In this document: positions 51,801-63,964 of the stretch, piece after piece
How positions within the stretch are numbered: the first letter of the stretch is position 1
Layout of the letters: each line of letters begins with the position of its first letter
Assembly: GCA_963924565.1 (NCBI GenBank)
Contig: OZ004608.1
Location: 33,542,001-33,606,000, forward strand
Origin: Ascidiella aspersa
Lineage: Eukaryota
Length of the DNA stretch: 64,000 bases
Direction of reading: 5' to 3'
Notes under the pieces: model-generated
The model's input: only the letters and a program-made list of their open reading frames with translations
What the model was told of the DNA's origin: nothing
Database searches by the model: none
Translations under genes and position numbers: made by a program

Positions 51801-54150
51801 AACTGTTTAAAATTAGGCTACTGATCGTTTAAGTCGTAAATTTTAGGACCAGTTGTACATACGTATGATATAAAAAAAAAACAGCAGCCAATTGCTCAAT
51901 GAATTTAAGTTTCCACTCTTTGCTTTTAAGTTGCATACTTTTGTCATATTTGCATTTTGGGTTGATTTTGATTTTTGAAGTTCCACCGGTCCGCAAAATT
52001 TGTTTTGAAATTTTACCGGTCCGTAAGATAAGGTTGATAACCACTGATTTAGCATATATGATAACAGTGTTTACACCCCAAATATAAAACCTTAGGATAA
52101 AGCATTTTATCACACATTATCTTACCTTATACATACCAATGGCGATGAAATTTCGCAAATCAGTCTAAAAATGCCGAAAAATGTGTACACTTCGCAAGCC
52201 TTTAACAGAAATGGTTGTTAAACTTATTGACGTTTTTCAAGAAAAATTAGTAAGACAACACATGAAGTAAATACCATGTTCCTTAAAATCATGACTAACG
52301 ACACAAAATGATGATGAAACACGAACTTGATCCCTCTAGGTAGCTTGGTCATGATGTACGTTTCTGAAACAGAGTGGCTAGAATCATATCACAGTTTTAA
52401 AAAGTGTGTTTGTTCATTTTTTAAGTCGTTGATATGGTTCTGATTCGGATTGACGGACAAATTAGCTGTAGAAAAATAAACACAAGTGTATTTAAAATGA
52501 ACGTTTAGTGGCATTTTAACCTATAGAACGTCTGTTTAAAGTTCCACGTATATATATTTATTTTGTTGACTGTTATTTAAGTTTATCTATTTTGATTAGA
52601 GCATTCAGAGAATGTAGATACGCCCGCCCAATCTCTCTTATTTGATAAACAAACGTTGGAAAAAACACAAACGGACATATTCATGCAAATGTAAATACGG
52701 TAATCTATAATATACACGATTTAAAAGGAAGTTATAACTATCATGTTTTACCTGCGACTATGTAGCTGACGACAAATATCATACAATTCTCAGAAAGCGC
52801 AGAGTAGCCCCTATAAATGTACATGCAAAATTGATTTGTGCGTTAAAGTTTGTAATGTATTGAAAATTAAAAGAACTTACCATATGTGGTCCGAGTGGAT
52901 TGCATTGTCAAACCAAAGTGTGTAAAGGGCGAAAGTAGCTGCCAAGAGGGAGTAAATTGAACATGCAAGACTGTAAAAACATAAGAACGTTAACTTTATT
53001 AATAGGCAATTAACAACAAAAGCCAACACTCGCAATTACTAAACAAGTAAATGTGAATACGCATTTATCGTTAAGCATAATTGGGAGCTAACAGTCAATC
53101 GTATACCCAAGATGTAGGACTGGTAAACGTTTGTTTAACTTTGAAGTCCGGGCCAATTATTCGCTCGCTTTGCACCAGGCACTGATTTTCAGGTTTGTTT
53201 ATAGTTAGGTTGAGTGTTTGTGCGTAAAAGTTCACGCGTGTTGAGTGCTTGTGCGTAAAACTTTTCGCATGTTGAGTGTGTTTGTGCGTAGACGTGCCAA
53301 ACACAACCATTGTACACATTGTTTGTAGTATATAAGACCTTCAAGTTTCAGTGATCAAAAAAAGCAAGGAGCGGCACCAAGGCGAGACTCACAGTCGAAC
53401 AAAGCATAATAAAAAGTTCGATGCCATCAATGTTGGGTTTAATCGGTAATGAATTTTGCGTCACATTATGCCCCATAGCACGCTTTGCTACACACAGCGT
53501 ATTTTGAAGCGATGTTTTTGCGAGCATGTGCCTGTGGATTGATAAGACTTCATTATTCTTTATCGCATTTACTTTCGCTTGTGTTCTACTCCGTGCATTT
53601 TAATTGCTTTTAATTCTACTTTGATCTGATAAAGCACGGTTATGCGAAAGCTTATCGAGCATTCTATACAATTTGTCTTTACATAGGGCCACCTGATCAC
53701 CCTATTGTGCACAATGAATCGATTCCCCTGCAGTTCGAAAATTCAACCACTCTTGGGTCTTGGCGCCTATCAAGCATGAGTTAATATGTTGACGTATGTT
53801 TCAACGTCATAAACGTTTGGTGTGTTCATACGTTCCATTAAGTTATTTGCACTACTTTAAGCTCAAGAACATATTCCTGGGCAAATTGGCTCAACATACC
53901 AGCATATAACTAACGCTAACATAGCGTGTATTAATCAAATTTTAGCACAAAAAATAATAGCGTATAAACCTACATAGAAGTTTACCTTATCATTTTCAAA
54001 TTACCTGTTTCGTACAATTAGCTTCTTATCGCCATCGAGAACATCGTACTTGCTCGAACATTTCCTGCAAATCCACTCCGACCAATACGTAAACCACAAC
54101 CAAACCACTGAGCCCGCGCCTATAACTAGCAACCTCGCTACGTCCAGCAT
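48878..54150 (-). CDS. TLCD4: TLCD4/TMEM56-like copy G (7 coding exons)
   Basis: Exons 54005-54150, 52881-52970, 52752-52810, 52275-52363, 52126-52199, 50422-50574, 48878-49019. Spliced ORF: MLDVARLLVIG...VFHHHFV...FRLICEISSPL...FFACRILPLP...LLDFFNFVWF...VK*. Confidence 0.9.
49373..50093. mobile_element. hAT-like MITE (outer, degenerate) with a nested MITE
   Basis: cagtgtttctcaac ... gttgagaagcacgg; TSD degenerate (acttatgt/tgttatgc). Confidence 0.6.
49587..49982. mobile_element. hAT-type MITE (nested)
   Basis: TIR caggggcgggcaac / gttgcccgcccctg; TSD ctctggaa/ctctggac. Confidence 0.85.
50575..50860. repeat. 84-bp tandem repeat, ~3.3 copies, abutting the acceptor of G exon 6
   Basis: aatacaatttaaatga recurs at 50621, 50705 and 50789. 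Confidence 0.8.
51056..51563. mobile_element. hAT-type MITE
   Basis: TIR tagtggttcccaacc / ggttgggaaccactg; perfect TSD ccataatg. Confidence 0.88.
51607..52046. mobile_element. hAT-type MITE; partial inverted relative near 11750-11995
   Basis: TIR cagtggttctcaacc / ggttgataaccactg; TSD ctttagca/atttagca. Confidence 0.8.
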
Positions 54151-55247
54151 GCCGCTGGTAAGTGCTTTTCAATTGGAGCAGCGTTTTGTCACCAGTGTGT
54201 GTTTGTATCACCCGAGGCCACCACTTCCAGGTTTTTTGTTGTTGTGTGTCGTTATCGGCGTAAAGGTCGCGTAACTTTGCTTGACGTAATTTGTTGACTG
54301 AACTTTTTTTGCGGTTTCCGTTCTTTGTTGACTTACAATCGTGATGGCGCCACATTTAACCAGAATATGCATGTGTGGTGAAAAAGGCAAACAACTGAAG
54401 TATAACGTAATAAGAATATCAAAGCCCATACAGAAGTATCATTTTAAACGTTTCGAATAACTCTTATTAATGAATGTAAAGAGCTATAAAGACTTAATCG
54501 AAACGTTGAAAATTATACCTATACGGGGTATGGGGTTGGATATTCTTATTAGGTCTTACTACCACATCCAACCATTATGCTCCAAAACTGAAGTACACAT
54601 TAAACTTATCTTTGTGAATTTAATAAGTTAAAATAGTAGTTTCCAACCGGTTTGTTGTCGTGATCCCCTTTTCAGTTTTTGAAAACTTACGCGACCCTCA
54701 GTTTTGGTGTATTACACATTTATATCGAATTAGCAAAATTTTCACATTTCTATTAACAGATTGTTTCAGAATTTAGCAAGAATAACCGGATTTACGACCA
54801 AAATGTGCACAACTAACTGCGGTTTTGGGTTATTTGCGTCGGTACGACTATTTCGACCTAGCAAAGTAAAATGTATTGTGCGCTTCTGCCTCAACAATAT
54901 GAAATATAACTTCATGTCCTAAATTAACTTAAACAAAACAACAAATATTGATTTATCCCAGTTTTGTACTTATAAAAAAAGTATAAAACTAAAGAGACCT
55001 GAATATGTATTATAAATGAATATATTTTATAGGACTAAAAATGTATGAACTTATATTATCTTGATTTTCTATGAATTTGAAAAAAGTTAAAAAAAACAGG
55101 AAAAAAGGTTAGTAACAGGAAAATTGAATTGTGCATAAATGTTGTTACTGTGAGTTTTATCGATTGTCACAATACGGGTCCTCGGGGATCCAATGACCAC
55201 TGTTTCTAGAAGAGGCTACTTCACTAAGCTACACTTAAGCCTCAAAC

Positions 55248-56001
55248 CAGGGGTCGAAAGGTCTTTGCGGGCCGCACAAAATGTTAACTAAGAAATGTGT
55301 TATTGAAATGTTAGAACCACTGTCAATCAGGCAGGCCTCGGATCTTTTAATGCACTCAAAAACAAAAATTACATTTAGGGAGGCAGAAAAGTGTTGGCGC
55401 AAAGCGCAAAAAAGAGTTTGTTTCGTTTAAAATCAACTCGCCGTCGTCCATTCAACTAATGAAAGTGTAAGGTTGGGAACCACGGCCATAATGAAACCCA
55501 AAATCAACCAAAAAACTACCCAAGTACCAAACGCGATACCTTTAATAGTTAATCGAGTTCAGTGTTTGTTGACCTTTGTAAGTCAGTGCACACATTGCAA
55601 GCGAAGCGAGCGTGATTTTTTTAGGTTTACCGGAATTTCTTTTAAATTTATTGCAACTTTTTATTACATTGCCGAAATTAAAAACTAAAAAAACGTTAAA
55701 AAATATATGTCCCATACTTTTGAATACGTTTTCCGTTTGTTCGCGACGCACTTGACAGCCTTCCACGGCGCAACCGTAGAGAAGCTCTGGTCTAGTTCAA
55801 ACGACAGCATTAAAGCGTAAACAAACCGGACGTTGAAAGATCCTTTTCGAGAAGCGCGAAAATATTTTGCACTTACGTAGTTAAAATAGTCAAAGAGTGT
55901 TTGAAATGGACTCGTGTGTCGAAGAGGCGGCGGGCTGGATGATTTACTTTGGCGGGCCATGATTTACATCCGGCCCGCGGGTCGTAGGTTGCCGACCCCT
56001 G
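55248..56001. mobile_element. hAT-type MITE, same family as 20791-22046
   Basis: caggggtcg ... aggttgccgacccctg; long internal similarity to 20791-22046 without the nested element; TSD cctcaaac/ccttaaat. Confidence 0.75.
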
Positions 56002-56225
56002 CCTTAAATCATTGGATATATGTGTATTAATGACGTTATAAACATTTGGTTCACTGAAGCCCATACGATAAACTAAAAAAAGTCAAGGCGCATTTTCTAG
56101 CTTCTACATACGTATGGTAATTTGGTTTTTATTGGCGCACTTGCGACTGATAAACACTTCAACCGTACAATGAACTGCTGCATAAATGGAGCGATGAACG
56201 TATCTATAGTAATCGTGTGCGCGAA

Positions 56226-59200
56226 TCAAAGTTCGATGTTCTTCCTTTTTACTAGACTTTTGAATACGACTGGAAGCATCATGGAGAACCACGTTAGGTT
56301 GATCCAGTCCAACATGCCGCCCCCAACCAGCCAAATAACAGTGGGAATCGAGGACATGCTGTCAATCACATAAAGAAATGTAAGAATGGTTATGCTGTCA
56401 GTAAGAATAGTTTATTACAGGGGTCGATACGGCCGACTTGCTATATTCCCCCGACTATTCATATTTTGCAAATGATTCTTAAATACGGTTAGTACACCAA
56501 AAGCCACGATCCCGGTATGACCGGAGGTCGTGAGTTCGAACCTCACTGCAGGCTAGTTTTACGAACAGGATGTAGTTAGCATTGGCGTATAGTTGTTTCT
56601 CGAGTGCTCCTCTTTAAGCCTGCATAGCTCAGTTCGTAGAGCGACGGTCACTGCTTGACCGGAGGTCGCGAGTTTCAACCTCACTGCAGGCTAGTTGTTT
56701 TTCTAGCCTGCCTTGCCTGCATCACTGTGTAACAGATTCGGTGAGTCTGCAATGGCTTTCGGTGTACTAATTATACGTAAGCCGTAATCGTGGGTCAAAA
56801 AGCAGCTTCAAAAGGGCAAAATGTTTTTGAACACATACATGGGTGTATCGTTTATTGTAAAATATGGTTAATTATACTATACGAGGCAAAATGTTTGCCA
56901 GATACAAAACTAAGCTAAATTTTGTTGAAATATTAAACTAAAGGGCAATTTTATAAAGGTCAGTAAAAATAAAAATACGAAATTCTTATCTATATCCTTC
57001 GTTTTACAAAAATAAAGTCAAGGTCAAAATAAAGTTTATATCCAGTCAGCAATCTCCAATCGTTAACAGTTATCTTGTCCGCGACTACCAGGTATGCTGC
57101 TCCTAAAATATTTACAGGGCTTTTTAACTAAAAGCAATGCCATAAATAAGCTTTTGTCATTGAGCCGCGAATGGTCTTAATGTTGTGTCGTGCACGTTTT
57201 ACTGTACTAATACTTGGGTCCTAAATAGCACTTCAACGGGACAGCAAGGGTTGAAAATCATCTAAAGTTTGGGGATTTTTATTTGCAATCTTAGGCTGTT
57301 ATCCATGAATAAACATACGCAGGATATACCAACTGAATATAACAGTTCAAGGCAACACCATAGACTAGAATTTCATGTATGCTTACCGGTCCTTGGGTAA
57401 TTTTTTTATTTTTCACTGGCAGTAACAAAACATTAGGAAACACTGTAATAGACCACTAACCTAGATTTACCGGCTTATATAGTGTTCTGTGTTAAGGATT
57501 GCCTACAACAAGTATAGGATGTTTGCAAAACAATAAACCCATATTACGTGTTCTTACCGATTATAGTCTTCCGTGTTGAAAACGTCATAGACCTGTGCGT
57601 AATACCAGGGTAGCGAAAGTACGCGACAACACATGAAAAGAACGAAGGCTAATATGGCAGTAACTTGTCGAAAATTTGCACTTGCGATTTGAAGCCGTCC
57701 AAGAAAGTACCTAAACGTAACAACAAAATTAAATTTGTATTTTGTATGCTGAATAATGAAAAAGTTCCAACAAAATCACAAATGCTTCATACGTTTAATG
57801 ATTATGAACTAGCAACTTTCAAAGGTTACGCTTACGTAATATATTTTGTAGGATTAGTTTGCACTGTATTTCTCGTATTTTTCTATACAGATCAGCTACT
57901 TTAACTTGCAAAGCGAAAATATAATCCTGGCGTTATGGCCCTGGTTTGCTTTCCTAAAAAACGTTTTTGTTTCGATTAAATTTATTCCATCTTGAATAAT
58001 AAATAGGAGTTTCGTATAACGGCCCTACTTCAATTGCTTATAACTCATGATGTATTCAACCGTCTTAATAATTGCTTTAACAAACTTTTTATGTGTTTTT
58101 TTGACAGCCTATAACAGCTATAGTGTCGAAGGCCCCACAGTTTGTCAAATGGCAATAATAGCGAGAAATGTGCATATCTTTTATCTGTCCTCAAAGAGTC
58201 ACATCCCTCTCTAAATTGGTAAATAGCTGTTTTTTTCCCTTTGTCGCCTTTTCTTTAACTCCGAATGTAAAACAGGTGCCTTAGGCTAACTTATTTTAGA
58301 GCGCCAAAGTATGACGTCATATGGTGTGTAATTGGCAACCTTTCTTCCCGGCCCGCCACAACATTTTAGCTTCTCAAGTGGCCCGCTGTAAAACATAATT
58401 ACCCACCTCTGGTCTAAACGTATTGACATATCTACATTTGGTTTGCTGGCTCGAGTCTTTGTAATAAATACTCTGTAATAACTTTGTATGTGTACGCTTA
58501 CCTCGAACAGACAAAAGGCGATGATATTTCGCCTACGATTAAGTTCTCACGAGCAATTCGAGCAATAGGCGTTAAATAATAAAAAGGGACTGCCTAACCA
58601 CATCAATTTACCCCAAATGTGGTTTCCTGATTTATCGAAATATATGCTTTAATCCAGGGGTTCTTAAACTTTTTTTACCGCGGACCCTAAAATTTTTTTG
58701 GGGCCTTGCGTGGACCACGGTAGGGAAAAAAAATTAAAAATGACGTCATAAATTGGCGTCACAATACAAATTAACTTCATAAATCTGCTGATTTCGGTCC
58801 AAAAATGTGAAAGTGAAATGGAGTCTAAAAACATACAGTGCTAAACCATTTTATTATTAATTAAACTGTTTTCTTCGAGAAAATGGTAATTTTAAAATAT
58901 ACACGAATATTTCAATTAGGCCTTCGTGGACCCCCTAAAACTAGTTCACGGATCCCCAAGGGGTCCATGGGCCCCAGTTTAAGAACCCCTGCTTTAATCT
59001 CAACTTTTCATGTCTCTTACCTCGAACAGACAAAGGGCGATGATATTTCGCTCAGCGTTCGGGCGACTCCAAAATAAGCGCAGCTCTCAGAAACCTGAAA
59101 GTGAATAAAGTTTAAAGCACTTCAAATACAATTACTAAAGTAAGGACCGCCGGTTTAACGTACCATATTACCAAGTACCAAAGCCACCACAACAAAGTGG

Positions 59201-60588
59201 TGCTGGTACATCAGCTTCGTGACGGACGGCATTCGCGTCAAGAGATATGTATCTAAAATAAAGGCACCATTAAAGCGTTTTAAGCTTAAATCAATACTTG
59301 GCTGGGTGGGAAAACGGTATATTTTGCTGAATTATTTTTACGATTTTCTTGGAAGACATATGTTGTTGCAGGTTTTCAGTGACAAGGAGCAATTAAGCCT
59401 TCCTGTGTTTCTTTCTTTAAAATTGGTATTCGATTCTTTCGTACCCTCCAGCTGTTTGGTTAAATTGCCACAATATATAATTTTCGCCATTGTGTTGGCT
59501 CTATATCCAAAACAATATTACTAGAAAGTTGTTATGTATTTTTGACAGTAAGTCAATATACATTTTTACAATGGCATTAAGTAAATTTGCATTCGGTATT
59601 TATCCAAGTCTAGGCTGCATTGCAATGGGACTCGACAGCAAACAGTTATCCTAAATATATAAAATCTAATCATTTAAATCTACAATGTTCTTTAAAAAGG
59701 CCGCAACTTTTATATAGGCCTGAAATGACTAAAACGACATGATTTAAGAAAAAAAAATTTTACCTGCTACAATATAGCTGACAACAAACATCAGACAGAA
59801 CTCTGAACGCCATGTGTAGCCCCTAAAAACGAAAATTGTAATAGGTTATTATAAAGAAAAAAGGAATAACAAGCATGGTCAACTGCTGACTTGTACTTAC
59901 CAGATGCGGTTCGTTTGAATCTGATCATCGAACCAGAAGGCATATACGGCGACAACGCTGACGCAAAACGAGTATATCGTTGTGGTTAAGCTGTGAAGTA
60001 GCAAAATAATGGTCTGATAAATAACAAAAAGAGAACAAATGGTTGCCGTTTTGATTGTAGGCTTAAGGTGGACAAATTTAACGATTAATTTTAAATCCTA
60101 TTTACAACCCTTTAAAACACCTAGGTTTTTAAGTAACACATTTTATTTGCTGGAAATCTCGTTCATTAAAATAAGTTTTTAAGACAGAACTATATTCGTC
60201 AATAAACTTGCGTTGGTTTATTTAGGCCAAGGCTATTAACATGTTGTTGCTACCAGGCATACTGAGAAGAAGTTATTTTAGTTCTGATTTATTTTATCGG
60301 TCAAAGAACTGATTTTAAGTTAAACTAAGACTGTTTGTTAAAGTACAACTATTTAGTATAAAAAAAACGAAAAAAAACATTATTTTTAACATAATTTTTT
60401 CCAATAAACGCACACTCGAACTAATTAACTTATTACCCGCTTCTAATTTGAATCTGATGCTTCTCGGATAGCGCCTTATACAGCTTGTTGGAAACCCGGC
60501 TGCAGATCCGTTCAGCGCAAACCTGTGTAAACCAGAGCCAGAACAAGGCTCCTGCCCCTATGTAAAGCAGCCTGCTTGTGTCCAGCAT
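56226..60588 (-). CDS. TLCD4: TLCD4/TMEM56-like copy H (7 coding exons)
   Basis: Exons 60437-60588, 59901-59990, 59764-59822, 59164-59252, 59021-59094, 57558-57710, 56226-56358. Spliced ORF: MLDTSRLLYIG...YQHHFV...ARTLSEISSPF...MLDWINLTWF...EL*. Confidence 0.9.
56618..56691 (+). mobile_element. tRNA-derived repeat (SINE-like), second full copy
   Basis: gcctgca-ta-gctc-agttcgta-gagc-ga-cggtc-actgctt-gaccg-gaggtc-gcgag-tttcaac-ctcac-tgcaggc, followed by the same 3' body as the 42.9-kb copy. Confidence 0.7.
58655..58991. mobile_element. hAT-type MITE in H intron 5
   Basis: Perfect TIR caggggttcttaaact / agtttaagaacccctg; perfect TSD ctttaatc. Confidence 0.9.
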
Positions 60589-62001
60589 TGCTACGGGTGT
60601 CAATTTGCTTTGAACAAAGTTGCGGACGCAAGCAGTTTGCACACGCGATGCCACAGTGCACTCCTAGGCCTACGGGTGCAAAGTACGAGACAATTTTTTG
60701 TTATGCTAGGCTGCGCAAACAACGTGATTTACTTCTTCACACCTTACATCAGTTATTCTTAAACTATTTGCCGCGGCACAGTATGTACCGCTTTTAGAGA
60801 TTCCTAAAAGAGAGGTACCGCTGAACTATTTAGAATTTAAGAAAATAAACTAATTTTATTATTCATAGACAAGAAAGCAAGCGTGCCAGATTTAAATCAA
60901 CAATTTCATTCGGAAAACTGACAATAATATTATATTTATATATAAATGCCGTGGCGTTTACAGACGGCGTTTGTCAATTTTGGCAATATTGTTTTGTAAA
61001 ACGGAACGTGCCGCGAACTTTTTTTGATTTTCCTGGTGCCTAAGGCAAAAACACAAGAACTGCGTAATTAAACGTCTGGCGCCGCGCCCTGTTTAACATC
61101 ATTTTTCGGGACCCGTGTCTTAATAGGTTTAAATTGCTGCAAACCCAATTGTTTTCATTGGTGCTTTTAAAGTAAAATAATCTGAATATTTCAGCCAGGA
61201 TTTTCGACTAATACAGCCAGCATTTTTGGACTAATTAGGGCGTTTAAATGCAAAATGTCGCTAATTGGATTTTCTCAGTAATTCCTTTGCAGCCCCATTG
61301 CTAACTCGTCCCGCCCCCTAGTTTAAGGACCCCAACACTAACACATTTTTACTAGAAGAAACGTTTTAAACTTCCAAATATGCGCATAAGGGTTCACATG
61401 AAGTCGATGTAGTGTTCTACTGTAACAAAATATCAAAAGCTGTTTGTAAATGATTGTAAATTACACAGTGTATCTTCCGTTGCTTGTGTTTCAATCAAAT
61501 TTGTCGTTACTGCATTAATTCCCGTTACAATGAGCTACAACAAATAAACTCGCTACATCAGTGGTTTACAAACTTTACCTACACGCGTACCATTTTTTGT
61601 TGTATACAATGTTCTTGTACCTCCTATGTTTAGACAACTCGACTTCCTTACGAGAATACGATGCTTGGCCAATCTTCCTGTTTCGTTGGCAAATAGTGCT
61701 AGTTTTGTCCAAGCATTATCGACATACGTGCTTAGTAACTCGGACCTTGCCGGCATGATTTGTCTCCAAATGGCGTTTAAGCATCAAAAAAACAAGAAAT
61801 TAGAATTTAAAGTAGAATAGTACACATAAAATGTCACTTTCTACTTCATTTGAGTAAATTTAAACAGATCATTTACGATGATTTGGTTTAAATTTAATAG
61901 GCTGCTCGCGTACCACTACGGACACCTTTGCGTACCACAAGTGGTACCCGTACCATACTTAGGAAAAACGTTATAATTTAAAATCATTTGAACTGCTTCT
62001 T

Positions 62002-62144
62002 GCCATACGCTATCCGTCAGTGCTTCGTACAACTTCTTCGCTACTTTTCTGCAAACCCAAAGTCCAAACCGCCCAAACCTGTGTTAGCCATATGTGAACT
62101 GCTGTTCCCAAACCCAAGACCAGTAACCTTAACGCGTCCAGCAT
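62002..62144 (-). pseudogene. Orphan frameshifted exon 1 of a further TLCD4-like copy (G/H subgroup)
   Basis: MLDALRLLVLGLGTAVHIWLTQVWA, then after a frameshift WVCRKVAKKLYEALTD. Aligns to H exon 1 (MLDTSRLLYIGAGALFWLWFTQVCAERICSRVSNKLYKALSE). No downstream exons recognised. Confidence 0.75.
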
Positions 62145-63209
62145 ATCCCAACAACACTACACGATGACGATATACAGTAAAACGTGGGTGTCGACATGCC
62201 ACTTGGATGTATGAGTTGTATCCTGTTGTAAAAATCTGCCAACCGCTTAGCCTGAATGCTGTTTATGGCTTGAGGCATATGACTGCGATGCTTCACGTCT
62301 TCGATTTCACGTCCTGATTAGAGATTGATTGCCCCTCGTATGGCAGAACTCGGACAGATGGAATACAAATTTGCCCGATGAAAAAAAAGAGACACACGCC
62401 TAACCAAATTGCTAAAAACATGTGAATACAACGCCTTATGCACCATTTCTAAATGCCATTAATAAAGAAACCCTTTTGGTTTAAATTAGATTAAAGATTA
62501 TTATGAGTAGGAAATTTACTATTTTCTGAAAATGAGCTGGCATTGTTAACAACTTGTAATACTGCTATTACCCAAGATTACTATATTTTCGAAACAGTAG
62601 TATATTTTATATAGATTGTCATGCTTTTATGGTATTAACATTTTTTCGAATTTTTCCATATTAAAATAAAACTAATCTAATAATCAGAATTTTCTTTAAA
62701 ATAACAGAATCTGCCTAAATCCGAATGCTGAAGACAAAAAAATATCCTAAGCTGTAATAATTGGCCAACATTTTTGACCTATAGGCTCAGTAAAATATTA
62801 TCAGTAAAAATCACATTTTTTAGTCTGAAATAAAAACAAGATTTATAACAACTAACCCAAAGGAAGTAAAAATCGCATTTTTTATTCACGCAGCGCTTAA
62901 CTCCAATTCGATGTTGTTCCGTTACCACTTTTATTTAACGTATACCTATGCGTTGATTAATAACGGGGGTCAGACGCTTGATAAGTAACATCGGCTAACC
63001 ATAGCGGTACTAAAACATTCATTAACCATCACGGTGCCACAATTTATGTACCTGTTACTGTTTATTTTATATATATCAATCAACGTCAAAGAAAAATACC
63101 ACAATAATGCCAAATTTTAAAAGGAACGACAAAGGCATGGTAGGTGGTTTAAAAACTGATACCTATGACTTGACAACATGTTACATAAGAAAGAAGTATA
63201 GGCTATAGG

Positions 63210-63699
63210 CAGTGTTCCCTCTAAGGTGCGCAACTGCGCAATTGCGTAGCAAAATCAGACAATTGCGCAGTAAAATTTGCTTTTGCGCACTTACATCATT
63301 CTCAAATTAAAGCTAAAATATCTTCACTTTTTTGGCACAATAGTGTGAGCATTTCGCATTGTTTTTTTTTCGTTAATGTTTGTTGCTTAAACAAATCAAA
63401 TCCGCATTGAAGATTGTGACGTAATAAATTACTTTGTCTGATCGGTTTTTATCATCCATGCTGTGTATGTTCTTGTTGTCTCGCGTAGAATTAAAAGTCT
63501 ACTCAGGAAAATCAAGCTTAAAGAAAAAAATGAGTTTATAACAGTGCCAATTATGAAACCGATTTCTGTGCAGATAAAGCTGTCCACAATACAAAAAACA
63601 TTGATCGGTCGCGGGCCCCTGCCAACGCAGCCTTCAAATATTCTTGCGCACTATAAAAAAATATTTGCGCAGTAGAAAATTTCCTTAGAGGGAACACTG
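63210..63699. mobile_element. hAT-type MITE
   Basis: Perfect 17-bp TIR cagtgttccctctaagg / ccttagagggaacactg; perfect TSD gctatagg. Confidence 0.9.
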
Positions 63700-63964
63700 G
63701 CTATAGGTCAACATAAGCAAATCGTTTAAACAGTTTCTAATCGTCGATCTTTTTGGGGGTGCGTGGATTAGTTTTCAAGGCCCACACAGGTTCAACTGAA
63801 ATCTTAGCGTATAGCGTGTTTTACAGTTTTGGCATGAACTTGAACAAATGCAGAAGTTATTTGAACACTTTTTGATTAACCGCCAAGATTTATTGTAATA
63901 GATTTGGTTGTACAATAATTGAAACAGAAAAATTCGTGTGTTGCACGTCAAATTTTGCAACACA

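Noticed and set aside
60589-60654. N-terminal extension of copy H suggested by the ORF track
   Set aside because: That ORF starts at GTG; the ATG at 60588 aligns with the starts of the other copies.
61553-61756. 67-aa minus-strand ORF (MPARSELL...) as a gene or further TLC exon
   Set aside because: No recognisable motif, no match to TLCD4 exon sizes, and no splice partners found.
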